Below are positions 55,523-64,000 of a DNA stretch of 64,000 bases, one piece after another (the stretch's first letter is position 1; every line of letters begins with the position of its first letter). Made by a program: the position numbers and the translations under genes. Source of the stretch: Candidatus Moraniibacteriota bacterium (lineage in GTDB: Bacteria; Patescibacteriota; Minisyncoccia; Moranbacterales; GCA-2747515); NCBI GenBank assembly GCA_016699795.1, contig CP065011.1, positions 155,131 through 219,130 on the forward strand, read 5' to 3'. The notes below the pieces were generated by a model, which made no database searches, was not told the origin of the DNA, and was given only the letters and a program-made list of their open reading frames with translations.

Positions 55523-56719
55523 TCAATTAACTCTAAAGGGAAAAACTTCTGTAAGCTCTCCAGAATAATAAAACTCATAAGCCAATGATCCAAAAGTATA
55601 TTGTATATTATTAACTTCAATAGAGCTTCCTCCCACCTTCGGATCAGGTTTTGGTTTTGATTGAGGAAATCCTACATTAAAAAGAGTACCTACAATTTCT
55701 GGACGATATTGCAAGTCATAACCTGCGTTTTTCCATTGAGACATTATCTGTTTCAAATAAATGGCACCATAAAGATAAGAATAATAATGTGTATCATCGG
55801 TTAATCGAGCATATCTACCACCCTCTTTATTTTCAAAGTCTAAAACATTTTGAAAGTCAACTCCCAAATAATAAGGAGAATTTGCATCTTTCAAATGTTT
55901 TTCTGTTTCAATAGCTGTATTTTCTTTAATTCCCATAATGCCAAGCGAAATCTTGTTAGCATTACCAAGAATTTTCAACGGTTCAAAAATTTTTTTGAAA
56001 AGCTCGCGATCGCTATTAAACAATCTCACTTGTTCCACAATTGCGCACGCCACAAGCAAACGCGATTCAATCCCCGCGATAGCTGCCGCCTTATCAATAA
56101 CATCCTTATCTTTAACAATGGCTTCTTTAATAGCACGCCATTCTTCATTATCCATCCAAGGAAAAATCGCCGCGCCCTTAGCACCTACATATTTTTCATC
56201 AATCGCTTTATCATCTATTTCTATATTTTCAGCATCACAATACATAAATATTTCTTTTCCATTCTTTTCTTCGATTCTAATTTTTGCCGCCAAGATCATT
56301 TTTAGAATTAAAATATCAGCATCTGTTTGTTGATACGTTTCAATTATTTTCGACGCTGTTTCAGGAAAATACTGTCCGATTACATCAATCTCGCAATAAT
56401 TTTTCATTTTTATACGTCTTTTTTCAGAAATTTTTTCCATTTTAGAATCTAGTGTGTATAGAGAGCCTATTTTTGCAGAAACTTCCCCACCTTCAATTCC
56501 CAAGTTTTTTCCCTCAGATAAAAAGTCTTTTCCCTGTGAAAATTGAGAGAAAAGCTCATTATTCAAATCAACTGCTCCTTGCACATCCGTCCAATGCCAA
56601 CGTATAGCGAAAAATCCAAATACTAATATAAAGCCAATGATAGCAAAAATATAAAGAATAACTTTATAAGTATAATGAAAAAATGTCCGTATACGTTTAT
56701 CCATATTACTGTAAACCAC
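55523..56719 (-). CDS. hypothetical membrane-anchored protein
   Basis: 398 aa; single N-terminal TM; no motif. Confidence 0.4.
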   Translation of the reverse strand: MVYSNMDKRIRTFFHYTYKVILYIFAIIGFILVFGFFAIRWHWTDVQGAVDLNNELFSQFSQGKDFLSEGKNLGIEGGEVSAKIGSLYTLDSKMEKISEKRRIKMKNYCEIDVIGQYFPETASKIIETYQQTDADILILKMILAAKIRIEEKNGKEIFMYCDAENIEIDDKAIDEKYVGAKGAAIFPWMDNEEWRAIKEAIVKDKDVIDKAAAIAGIESRLLVACAIVEQVRLFNSDRELFKKIFEPLKILGNANKISLGIMGIKENTAIETEKHLKDANSPYYLGVDFQNVLDFENKEGGRYARLTDDTHYYSYLYGAIYLKQIMSQWKNAGYDLQYRPEIVGTLFNVGFPQSKPKPDPKVGGSSIEVNNIQYTFGSLAYEFYYSGELTEVFPFRVN

Positions 56720-57084
56720 ACAATCAAATCATCAACAAAAACACAATAGCAATTGAAATATTTTTAAATTTTCCTTGAAACTATTTTATATCAACAAATT
56801 CTTTCATTTGGATATTCTAATATTTTTTTCCTTTATTAACAAATACACTTAAAAATTTCACTTACCCAAATAAAAAAATAAACTCGCGAACTATCATTAC
56901 AGCCTCTATAGACGTAGTGTATGTATCATCAAGAAAAAATAATCACGGAAGTATTACTTCTTCTTTTTTTAAAGAACATTTCCTATACACTCTAAAAATA
57001 AAAAATACAAAAATACTCAAACATACCACTAGGGTAACAATAATATTCAAATATTGTCCGCCAAAACCATCAGCTGAAAGATGT

Positions 57085-58164
57085 TTAAGAAATTAATCCG
57101 AGTTGCTTTCTAATTTCTTTGATTTTTTCTTCATCCTCTCTTTTTTGTAATTCTTCTCTTGATGGAGCTAATTTGTGCAAAGTTATTCCATGCCGACCAG
57201 CAGCTTTCTGCAAAATAATTTCATATGTTCCTGTCGCATTTATTTCTTTTATACTAGTTACCAGAGCCTCTTTACGAAAAATTCGATCTCCTTCTTCCCC
57301 GTTTCCACCCACTTCAAGGGGCCATATTCTTGCTGTTCCACCTTCAGTGAGAAGAGCGTCAATGTTTTGAATAAGTTGCTGGATTTCCCTTGGGTCTTCT
57401 AGGTATGCAGGAACTGAATATTCCGCCCAAATCTCATCAGCACCCACAATACCCTCCTCATTCATTCTATCAATAAAATTTTCATCTGAAGCACTCAATG
57501 CCACAACTCTGTCCGCTCCTTCTTCGACATTCTCAACAAATGGATCCACATTAATAATTTCGCGAGGAGTAATATCATTTTCGGTTAACTCTTCTTTTAA
57601 TTGACTACGCCCTCCGCCTAGAAGAACTATTGTTTTATCATCAAGTATTTCTTTAGCAAATGATCGAGTCGCTTTTGTGTCATAAGGAAAAAATAAAGTA
57701 TTCCAATACGTTTCTCTCTTAGCTGCTCCCTTACCAGGCTGAATCTCAAAAAACTTTCTATTGCGCTGAGTTGTATCAAAAGAATCACTATCCGTAAGTT
57801 TACCTCGATTATGATATTCGACATTTTCCGCTATATCACGTATCACCCCTTCATTTTTAAAAGAACTTGTAGAATTTTCTTTCGCTTTAAGCGCTTCAAG
57901 AGAGATATCTTCAATCAAGGTTATAATGTTTTGGGGTAAATCTTCTTCCTTCGAACGTCCTGGGTCAAAAAGCATTCCAAATTTTTCCTTTAATTTTTTT
58001 GTAACTGTCGTTCCTGCTCGCTGAAGATAAAAGGCTTGAGACTCCCCCGATTGCCTTTCTATGTTTTCATATTCTCGTAAAGATTGCTCTCTATCAAAAC
58101 TGGATTTTTCTTTTTCTTTACTTTCATCAGGAGTATTTTGTGGCGTATATTCTTCTAATTTCAT
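57085..58164 (-). CDS. hypothetical acidic protein
   Basis: 359 aa; highly charged; no motif recognised. Confidence 0.4.
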   Translation of the reverse strand: MKLEEYTPQNTPDESKEKEKSSFDREQSLREYENIERQSGESQAFYLQRAGTTVTKKLKEKFGMLFDPGRSKEEDLPQNIITLIEDISLEALKAKENSTSSFKNEGVIRDIAENVEYHNRGKLTDSDSFDTTQRNRKFFEIQPGKGAAKRETYWNTLFFPYDTKATRSFAKEILDDKTIVLLGGGRSQLKEELTENDITPREIINVDPFVENVEEGADRVVALSASDENFIDRMNEEGIVGADEIWAEYSVPAYLEDPREIQQLIQNIDALLTEGGTARIWPLEVGGNGEEGDRIFRKEALVTSIKEINATGTYEIILQKAAGRHGITLHKLAPSREELQKREDEEKIKEIRKQLGLIS

Positions 58165-58231
58165 AATTTTTGAGATTAAAAATAAAAATTTTCACGATTA
58201 ATTCGATGAGTAGGGCGAGAAGGATTTTCTA

Positions 58232-58801
58232 TTATTTCTTTTTATATTCTGATTTTAATTTTGAAAAAACTAATGTATTACGAAAATTGTTAAAATGCTC
58301 ACTAAAAGAATCTTCTCTATATTTACCCTCATATACATAACCACATTTTTTAGCTACTCCGGAAGAAGCTTCATTTTTTTCATCACACCTTATTTGAATT
58401 CTGTTTAATTCCATTTTTTCAAAAACTTCTTTTTCAAGTATCTTTACTGCTTCTGTCATATAACCATTTCTTGTATGAGAAGAAGATAACCAATAGCCAA
58501 TTTCACCGGATTTTTCTTTTTCATTCATATCAAAAATAGAAATGTTTCCTATATGCTCATTATTTACAAAAAGACCATATTCAACTTTTTTTCCTTTTTT
58601 TGTTTCCTCCTCTTTATCAAATAAATATTTCAGACTATCCTCTACTTTCAAAGTTAGTGCGGTCCAAGAGAACCAAGGTTCTAAATGTTTACGATTTTCG
58701 TCTACTACTTTAAATATAGTTTCAGCCATTTCTAAAGTTGGCCTTGTTCTTTTTAAAAGTAATCTATCACCTCTAAGTTGATTTTTGAATTTTATTACCA
58801 T
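58232..58801 (-). CDS. GNAT family N-acetyltransferase (RimJ/RimL-like)
   Basis: 189 aa; motif A-like region YWLSSSHTRNGYMTEAVKIL. Confidence 0.65.
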   Translation of the reverse strand: MVIKFKNQLRGDRLLLKRTRPTLEMAETIFKVVDENRKHLEPWFSWTALTLKVEDSLKYLFDKEEETKKGKKVEYGLFVNNEHIGNISIFDMNEKEKSGEIGYWLSSSHTRNGYMTEAVKILEKEVFEKMELNRIQIRCDEKNEASSGVAKKCGYVYEGKYREDSFSEHFNNFRNTLVFSKLKSEYKKK

Positions 58802-58961
58802 ACTTTTATTGTTATACTCATCAGAATATTTAAAGATTTACATGCAGATCTGGAAAAGTTATTTCATCTAACATCTAGACGTCGTCTGAAATTGCATAAC
58901 AAGTTTAAGTATAACGTAATGAAACCAGACATGCCACATTACTATATTGCATGATGTAAAT

Positions 58962-59396
58962 TTATAAAATATGGTCGGATTGAAACATTGAACGTAAATC
59001 AGATATATTTTTATCAAAATTTTTAGAACTAAATTTTTTATCACGGTTTTTACCCATTAACATAAAAGGACTTCGTTCTTCATTTTTAAATCGAGCGAAT
59101 ATATGGAAATGACAGTGTTTTATTTCTTGACCTGCTTTTTCACCATTGTTTGTAGAAAAATTATAACCGCAACAATTTTCTTTACTTTGTAGTTTCTTAA
59201 ATATTGAATTTTGAATATGTGTAAGGTCTTTTGATTCATTATTGTTAAGCTCAAAGGAATATTGCAAATGCCTAATCGGGATAATAAGAAAATGTCTTGG
59301 AATTATTGGATTACGTGGATACAAAACTCTAAAAAATTTAGTTCTAAAAATTTCTTGTTTTGCAATTACATCTTGTGAACAAAAGTCGCAGACCAT
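58962..59396 (-). CDS. HIT (histidine triad) family protein
   Basis: 144 aa; HCHFHIF (HxHxHxx). Confidence 0.65.
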   Translation of the reverse strand: MVCDFCSQDVIAKQEIFRTKFFRVLYPRNPIIPRHFLIIPIRHLQYSFELNNNESKDLTHIQNSIFKKLQSKENCCGYNFSTNNGEKAGQEIKHCHFHIFARFKNEERSPFMLMGKNRDKKFSSKNFDKNISDLRSMFQSDHIL

Positions 59397-59414
59397 ATTT
59401 TATAAAGTTATTTC

Positions 59415-59572
59415 ATACAACGTCAGGGATATACGAAGTTTTTCTGGAACGAAGTGGAAGAAAAATTTGGGTGAGGGGCGAGCCGAGCCCCGAACCGTAT
59501 ATCCCTTGTTATACGACCCGACGACTGAAAGGAGGAGAGCGCAGCGTGGCTTGAGTTCAAAAAATATTTTTC
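59415..59572. repeat. palindromic element family member b
   Basis: TIRs ATACAACGTCAGGGATATACG / CGTATATCCCTTGTTATACG; internal CGAAGTTTTTCTG..AAAAATTTGGGTGAGGGGCGAGCCGAGCCCC; tail AAAGGAGGAGAGCGCAGCGTGGCTTGAGTTCAAAAAATA shared with element d. Confidence 0.7.
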
Positions 59573-59623
59573 GTTCTCATTCATTATGATAGGCTTTCCT
59601 TATTTATTATAAATTTGATTTTC

Positions 59624-60283
59624 CTATGAATCAAATGCAATTGCTTGTTTGATATAATATCTCAATATTTCATCTTTATAATCCTTAGCTTTACTTAACC
59701 TAAGATTCAGACTTTTGTTGCCTTCTCCTTCAAGTAGCGAATATTTATCTTCAAATTTTTTACCATCGGAAAAAGAAAAAGTGATGCCTCTTTTTGTTGG
59801 GCTAAGTGTTATAACTATTCGTTTATTTCTATAAACAGGAACACCATAATATTTCTCGGTTCCTCCACGCATTTCTTCTTTAAGATCAGAAAATTCTTTT
59901 TTTATGAGCGCCCTGAATTTAACAACAATGGATTGATATTCAGGTAAAACTTTTGATTCAATGAATAATTCAATAGGTGGTTTCATATTATTTCCCTCCT
60001 TATAATCTTTGAACCATTTTTTTGCACTCTCTCTGCGATGAGGACAACCAGGCCAGCAACAAGGTCTTTTCTTTCCCTCCATAATTTCGGCTGATAAGCG
60101 GTCAATATGTCCTTTGCGTGTTTCTGTGGTTTTTACAATAGTAACCCAGCAAATCCACTCATTACGAGCAAGAGGGGTGAGCTTGTTCCACTTAGAAAGC
60201 AAATCTAAATTGGAAACCAGACCTTTTTCCATATCTTCTGGTACTTCATGAACAACTCCTGTGGCAATTTCTATTTTTTTCAT
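59624..60283 (-). CDS. YdeI/OmpD-associated + DUF1801-like protein
   Basis: KRPCCWPGCPHRRE (YdeI CxWxGC-like); C-terminal DUF1801-like region. Start moved to MKKIEIATG to avoid an 80-nt overlap. Confidence 0.5.
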   Translation of the reverse strand: MKKIEIATGVVHEVPEDMEKGLVSNLDLLSKWNKLTPLARNEWICWVTIVKTTETRKGHIDRLSAEIMEGKKRPCCWPGCPHRRESAKKWFKDYKEGNNMKPPIELFIESKVLPEYQSIVVKFRALIKKEFSDLKEEMRGGTEKYYGVPVYRNKRIVITLSPTKRGITFSFSDGKKFEDKYSLLEGEGNKSLNLRLSKAKDYKDEILRYYIKQAIAFDS

Positions 60284-60287
60284 ATTT

Positions 60288-60734
60288 TCAGCGTTCACAG
60301 ATTTCTTTGAAATACTCAAGAGCTTTTGGCCAGGCAGTATCAAACATTTCTTGAAATGCTTCATCAACTTCCATGACTACTTCAAGTGTTGTTTTTTCAT
60401 CTCCTTCATTTTTGAAGAAGTAATCTTCTCTTGAACCAATCCACTTTTTCATCATCTCATCAGTGAGTTCCACCTCTATATTCTGTGGATTGACCATAGC
60501 AATATGCTTGCATTTTATAGAATTGTTTGGATTTAATTCTTCGATCATAACCTTGGTTCCACCTTGGGTTTTGTCAAAGAAAGAGATGTGTCCGCCTTGC
60601 TTCCATTCTCCTTCATACGTCATGCCTTCTCCCCAGGCTTTGGCCCACTCTGGATAAACTGACTTGTCCATGATTTTGTTGAACACAAAATCGCATGGTT
60701 TATTGATTGTTATTGAATAGGTTAGTTTTTTCAT
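60288..60734 (-). CDS. SRPBCC (AHSA1/Bet v1-like) family protein
   Basis: 148 aa; SRPBCC-like size and pattern (INKPCDFVFNKIMDKSVYPEWAKAWGEG). Confidence 0.55.
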   Translation of the reverse strand: MKKLTYSITINKPCDFVFNKIMDKSVYPEWAKAWGEGMTYEGEWKQGGHISFFDKTQGGTKVMIEELNPNNSIKCKHIAMVNPQNIEVELTDEMMKKWIGSREDYFFKNEGDEKTTLEVVMEVDEAFQEMFDTAWPKALEYFKEICER

Positions 60735-60755
60735 ATTATTCTCTACTAAATTTTA

Positions 60756-61148
60756 TTACTCCATCGAGTGAAGACCGAACATGTTTCCTTCAGAGTCCAA
60801 GCAAAGTGAAATAAAACCGTATTCACCGATACTCATTTTAGGTTTGACAATTTTCCCACCAGCAGAGATTACTCTCGATTCTTCTGTTATGCAGTCTTCA
60901 GAGTGAAAGTATATGAGGGTGCTATTGCCACCTGCGTTAAACCCTTCCATTTTTACCAGTGCTCCCGCTGCACCATAAGTTTCCATGTCTCCAGGAAAGC
61001 TCATCATTATTGTGTTTTGGTCAGATGGATCTCCCAGTGGTTCTAGTTTGGTGTCAAACACCGCCTCATAGAACTTTGTGGCTTTGTCCATGTCATCTAC
61101 ATATATTTCAAACCAAGCTGCTTTTCTTATTTTCATATTGTTCTCCAT
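60756..61148 (-). CDS. VOC (glyoxalase/bleomycin-resistance/dioxygenase) family protein
   Basis: 130 aa; FEIYVDDMDKATKFYEAVF and C-terminal FGLHSME, typical of glyoxalase-fold proteins. Confidence 0.6.
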   Translation of the reverse strand: MENNMKIRKAAWFEIYVDDMDKATKFYEAVFDTKLEPLGDPSDQNTIMMSFPGDMETYGAAGALVKMEGFNAGGNSTLIYFHSEDCITEESRVISAGGKIVKPKMSIGEYGFISLCLDSEGNMFGLHSME

Positions 61149-61169
61149 TAAAAAGTAAAGTTATTAAGA

Positions 61170-61300
61170 TTTTATAATCTAATATTTCCACCAGTGTTAC
61201 ACTGGTGGTTTAATTTAAGGGAAATATTAGGGTCTGAGAAAAACGACCGAACCGAAGGTGAGCATGCCACTGGTGTTTCACCAGTGGTGTCGTTTTTCTC
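61170..61300. promoter_or_regulatory. twin palindromic operator-like sites nested in longer inverted repeats, upstream of the VOC gene
   Basis: CCACCAGTG-TTA-CACTGGTGG (61188..61208) inside CTAATATTTCC...GGAAATATTAG; CCACTGGTG-TTT-CACCAGTGG (61267..61287) inside GAGAAAAACGAC...GTCGTTTTTCTC. Confidence 0.55.
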
Positions 61301-61386
61301 TTGACATATTCTCTTTAAAATCAAATTTGTCCATCTTTGAAAGCCTATCATTCCTTATTTTCCGTTAGAAAAATATTTTTTGAATT

Positions 61387-61522
61387 GCGTATAACGTATC
61401 CAAATATCTGAAGTTTGCTGGAGTGAAACGAAAGCAAATTTGGGTCGAAAAAGTTTTGCGCTCCTTAATTTAAAATCTAATAAGGCAAAACTTTTGAGCC
61501 AGATATTTAGTGTTGTACGATG
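61387..61522. repeat. palindromic element family member c
   Basis: CGTATAACGTATCC..ATATCTGAAGTT..GCAAATTTGGGTCGAAAAAGTTTTGCGCTCCTT...AAGGCAAAACTTTTGAGCCAGATATTTAGTGTTGTACG. Confidence 0.7.
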
Positions 61523-61523
61523 T

Positions 61524-62009
61524 TTAGTTTTTAAAAAGCCCCCACTCTGAAGCTTGGTATTTATCTTGCTTTGCTATTATATCAATTTGTTTTTGTATCT
61601 CCAAAATATCCTCCTTATTTAATGGCTCAAATTTATCGTAGAATCCAGATTCACGAGCTGGCAAATACACGGACTCCGGAAAAACCTGATCCTTAGCATC
61701 AAATGTGCGACCGAACACATGCACATGCAAAAAGGGCTTTTCGCCAGTTTTAAACGCCCAGTTGCCCATATCTTGATAATTTATTTTTACAACTTTAATT
61801 CCGCGATTATTCAAGCTCTTTTCCATTGCTTCACCGACAATCATTGTCAATCTCATTAATTCTATGGCAACAGCAGGCACAAGGTGTGTTCGGTCGGGAA
61901 TCGACGCATCTTTAATACGAATACGAATATGCCCTCCATCGGTGCGACTGACGAAAGGTTTTTCATGTGATTCAACGATAAAATTTTCAGTTAGATAAAT
62001 TTTAGCCAT
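61524..62009 (-). CDS. HIT-like (histidine triad) protein
   Basis: 161 aa; FLHVHVFG (HxHxHxx). Confidence 0.55.
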   Translation of the reverse strand: MAKIYLTENFIVESHEKPFVSRTDGGHIRIRIKDASIPDRTHLVPAVAIELMRLTMIVGEAMEKSLNNRGIKVVKINYQDMGNWAFKTGEKPFLHVHVFGRTFDAKDQVFPESVYLPARESGFYDKFEPLNKEDILEIQKQIDIIAKQDKYQASEWGLFKN

Positions 62010-62060
62010 ATTTTTAATAAAAGATATTTTGCCTTTTAGGGCTTTTTAAAAACTAAATTT

Positions 62061-62250
62061 CGTATAACGTATCCGAATAAACGAAGTTTTTCTGAAGCGT
62101 AGCGAAGAAAAATTTGCGAAAAGTCCGAGCTGAGGACTTTTCCGTTTATTCGGTGTTGTCCGAGGGTTCTTTTGCCCCTCATTAATGTAATTATATCAGA
62201 TAAAAGGGCAAAAGAAAGCGCAGCGCCTCCTTGAGTTTCAAAAAATAAAC
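62061..62250. repeat. palindromic element family member d
   Basis: CGTATAACGTATCCGAATAAACGAAGTTTTTCTGAAG...AAAAATTTGCG...CCGTTTATTCGGTGTTGTCCG; hairpin TTTTGCCC...GGGCAAAA; tail AAAGCGCAGCGCCTCCTTGAGTTTCAAAAAATA. Confidence 0.7.
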
Positions 62251-62374
62251 TTTACCTTATTAAAAGAGTCCTTTTGGAATTTTTTTGGTCGTCCTATGGA
62301 CAAGGATTGATAAATATGCTTATATAAAATATATTCAGCTAATAAAGGCTGAAAACTAACCAAAGGAGGGAATT

Positions 62375-62536
62375 ATGTACTTTAATCTGCATGGTGTTCC
62401 GTGGCATATTGACAAAAAAGAAGTAGCAAGTCAGTCAGCCAACACTCCTGTGCCTCGGTCGTATTGGGTGGCCGGAATAATCATCGGCTTAGCTCCTTAT
62501 GTCATCGTTGGGCTGGGAATATTATTTTCACGGTAG
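62375..62536 (+). CDS. small hypothetical membrane protein (53 aa), GC-richer than its surroundings
   Basis: SD AAAGGAGGG 6 nt before the ATG; MYFNLHGVPWHIDKKEVASQSANTPVPRSYWVAGIIIGLAPYVIVGLGILFSR; followed by a hairpin plus T-run at 62541..62593. It is the only plus-strand ORF in this minus-strand block. Confidence 0.35.
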   Translation: MYFNLHGVPWHIDKKEVASQSANTPVPRSYWVAGIIIGLAPYVIVGLGILFSR

Positions 62537-62540
62537 ACGC

Positions 62541-62593
62541 TGCCTCGTGCCAGAAAGTTTTTCGGAACAATTTGGCACGGGGCTCTTTTTTTA
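62541..62593 (+). terminator. hairpin plus T-run terminator
   Basis: CCTCGTGCCA...TGGCACGGGG followed by CTCTTTTTTT. Confidence 0.4.
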
Positions 62594-62650
62594 AAAAAAT
62601 TCCAAAAGGGCTCAAATATAAAAATAAAAAGTTTGTTTTTTTGAAATTTC

Positions 62651-62780
62651 GGACAACGTTTGCGTGTATCAGAAGTTTTTTCGAAATGAAATGAGAAAAA
62701 ATTTGGGTGGAGAAAATTTGCTTTCCATATTATTTTATTTGAGCAAATTTTCGCAACCTGATACACGCTGTTAGGTGATG
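62651..62780. repeat. palindromic element family member e
   Basis: CGGACAACGTTTGCGTGTATCAGAAGTT...AAAAAATTTGGGTGGAGAAAATTTGC...GCAAATTTTCGCAACCTGATACACGCTGTTAGGTG. Confidence 0.7.
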
Positions 62781-62809
62781 TATTTTTTAAAATTTTATAA
62801 ACTCGTCGA

Positions 62810-63058
62810 TTACAGATACCAATAATTAATAATACCCATCGCTGTTATAACGGTAAAAATTATTGTCGTAATCAAGATCCCAATTTGCCCAGCTTGTTTA
62901 TAGGATTTCCATGACGAATACAACCAGAACGGTTGGGCAAGAAGATTGATAATAAGTCCAAACTGCGGATATTTTAACGAAGTCGCTATTTGAGCACCAA
63001 TAGTTAAACCTGGCAGGGCAAATTGGGTTACCGAATTGAATAATTTTTCTTTGTTCAT
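62810..63058 (-). CDS. small hypothetical membrane protein
   Basis: 82 aa; 2 TM. Confidence 0.4.
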   Translation of the reverse strand: MNKEKLFNSVTQFALPGLTIGAQIATSLKYPQFGLIINLLAQPFWLYSSWKSYKQAGQIGILITTIIFTVITAMGIINYWYL

Positions 63059-63092
63059 GGCAATGTTTATAAAATTTTTAAAAATATTTCAT

Positions 63093-63228
63093 CTAACGTT
63101 AAGAATATCTGAAGTTCATTGTAGCATAGCGGAAATGAATTTGGGCCGAAAAAGTTTTGCTTTCCTTTATTCAAGTATCTAATAGGCAAAACTTTTGAGC
63201 CAGATATTCTTTGTTAAGTGATGTAATA
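63093..63228. repeat. palindromic element family member f
   Basis: CTAACGTTAAGAATATCTGAAGTT...GAATTTGGGCCGAAAAAGTTTTGCTTTCCTT...AGGCAAAACTTTTGAGCCAGATATTCTTTGTTAAGTG. Confidence 0.7.
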
Positions 63229-63267
63229 AAAATTTTTCTTCCTTTTTGCATTTTAAACAGGACAATT

Positions 63268-63939
63268 TTATGATTCCAATTTCAGAGGGTTGAAGTTAGT
63301 TTCATAATCGTAATAATCTTCATTTTCAGCTTTCTTCAATTTCTCCACAACTTTGTAAGTAACGGGAGTCATAATAACTTCAACTACAACTTTCAGAAGC
63401 CAGCCAGACAATATCGAAGCCACAAGCAGGTTGGTCGGAATCACAGCATAAAGCGCAATCACATAAAATAAAATTGTGTTCACTCCTTCTCCGACAACAG
63501 TTGAGCCAATAGTCCTAGTCCATAAATATTTTCCTTTCGTCCATATTTTCATTTTTGCCAAAACATAGTCATTTAAAATTCCACCAGCCCAGACCGCGAT
63601 CCAGCCACCAAACAAAATTCGAGGCACTTGTCCCAAAACACGAACATACGCACTGTTTGCATCAAATCCAGCGGCGGGCGGAAGTAAAACCACAATAGAA
63701 TAAATCACACCAGCCAATACAGAGGCAAGCAAAACCATCCACACAACACTTCTTGCTTTGGCATAACCATAAACTTCCGTTAGCACGTCAGCAAAAATGT
63801 AAGTGAAAGGAAAATATAAAACTGTTGCGGATACTGTAAAAATTCCAAGTTGAACAATTTTGCCAGCCGTAATATCAGAAACAAGCTGAAAAGTAATATA
63901 CAATGCTGTAATTAGCCCAAGGTATTTGTATTGCTTCAT
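63268..63939 (-). CDS. yhhQ: queuosine-precursor transporter (YhhQ/DUF165 family)
   Basis: 223 aa; YFPFTYIFADVLTEVYGY motif; 6 TM. Confidence 0.65.
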   Translation of the reverse strand: MKQYKYLGLITALYITFQLVSDITAGKIVQLGIFTVSATVLYFPFTYIFADVLTEVYGYAKARSVVWMVLLASVLAGVIYSIVVLLPPAAGFDANSAYVRVLGQVPRILFGGWIAVWAGGILNDYVLAKMKIWTKGKYLWTRTIGSTVVGEGVNTILFYVIALYAVIPTNLLVASILSGWLLKVVVEVIMTPVTYKVVEKLKKAENEDYYDYETNFNPLKLES

Positions 63940-63985
63940 AAAATTGTCCTGTTTAAAATTCTTAATTAAAAAATTTTTATTATTT

Positions 63986-64000
63986 CACTTAACGTTTCGG
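63986..64000. repeat. start of another palindromic element (truncated by the window end)
   Basis: TATTTCACTTAACGTTTCGG matches the 5' ends of the elements at 30080 and 63093. Confidence 0.4.

Noticed and set aside
55850-56333. Plus-strand 131-151-aa ORFs
   Set aside because: Antisense to the 398-aa minus-strand gene; low-complexity.
59415-63228. CRISPR array
   Set aside because: The repeats are 60-190 nt, imperfect, palindromic, and separated by whole genes rather than uniform 30-40-nt spacers.

Overview
This is a low-GC (~33-35% by eye) bacterial chromosome segment with short intergenic spacers and many minus-strand genes. Its housekeeping complement is small-genome, possibly Patescibacteria/CPR-like; that lineage call is an inference, not shown by the sequence. 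Standard genetic code is inferred: genes are intact with TGA stops, and RF1 is present.

Recognisable core genes are scpAB, ileS (eukaryote-like type-2 form), rpsB-tsf, rpmE, rpmG (missed by the ORF track), prfA-prmC, sufS-sufU, engB, RNase P RNA and four tRNAs (Trp, Thr-GGT, Tyr, Thr-TGT). There is also a speH/deoxyhypusine-synthase-like/agmatinase polyamine operon, a two-component system with a tandem-REC response regulator, MacB-type ABC transporter genes, and a cell-surface glycan locus (GT2, GT4, Wzx-like flippase, WbaP-type phosphotransferase).

Accessory content worth attention:
- A ~110-bp direct repeat (the speH promoter, leader and first codons) is duplicated 10.8 kb away, upstream of a DUF62 gene. 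That gene opens an operon with a MoaA/viperin-like radical SAM protein and a sulfotransferase, followed by a decayed APS-kinase pseudogene. A paralogous DUF62 gene lies elsewhere in the window. This looks like a candidate SAM-dependent (sulfo)nucleoside-modification cluster sitting next to ileS.
- A tightly coupled cassette of a guanylate-kinase-like kinase, an AsnB-type amidotransferase and a ~560-aa GlnE/GlnD-like nucleotidyltransferase.
- Two tRNA 3'-end partial duplicates (Trp and Tyr). Each carries a homologous, covarying ~100-nt structured insert at the same T-loop position.
- A family of at least seven REP/MITE-like palindromic elements. One occupies almost every intergenic gap in the last 5 kb.
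- Twin 21-bp palindromic operators upstream of a VOC gene.
- A GC-richer island holding a histidine phosphatase, a YdeN-like hydrolase and a HisRS-like fragment.
- A truncated integrase N-terminal fragment.
- A strongly signalled small Cys-containing peptide gene.
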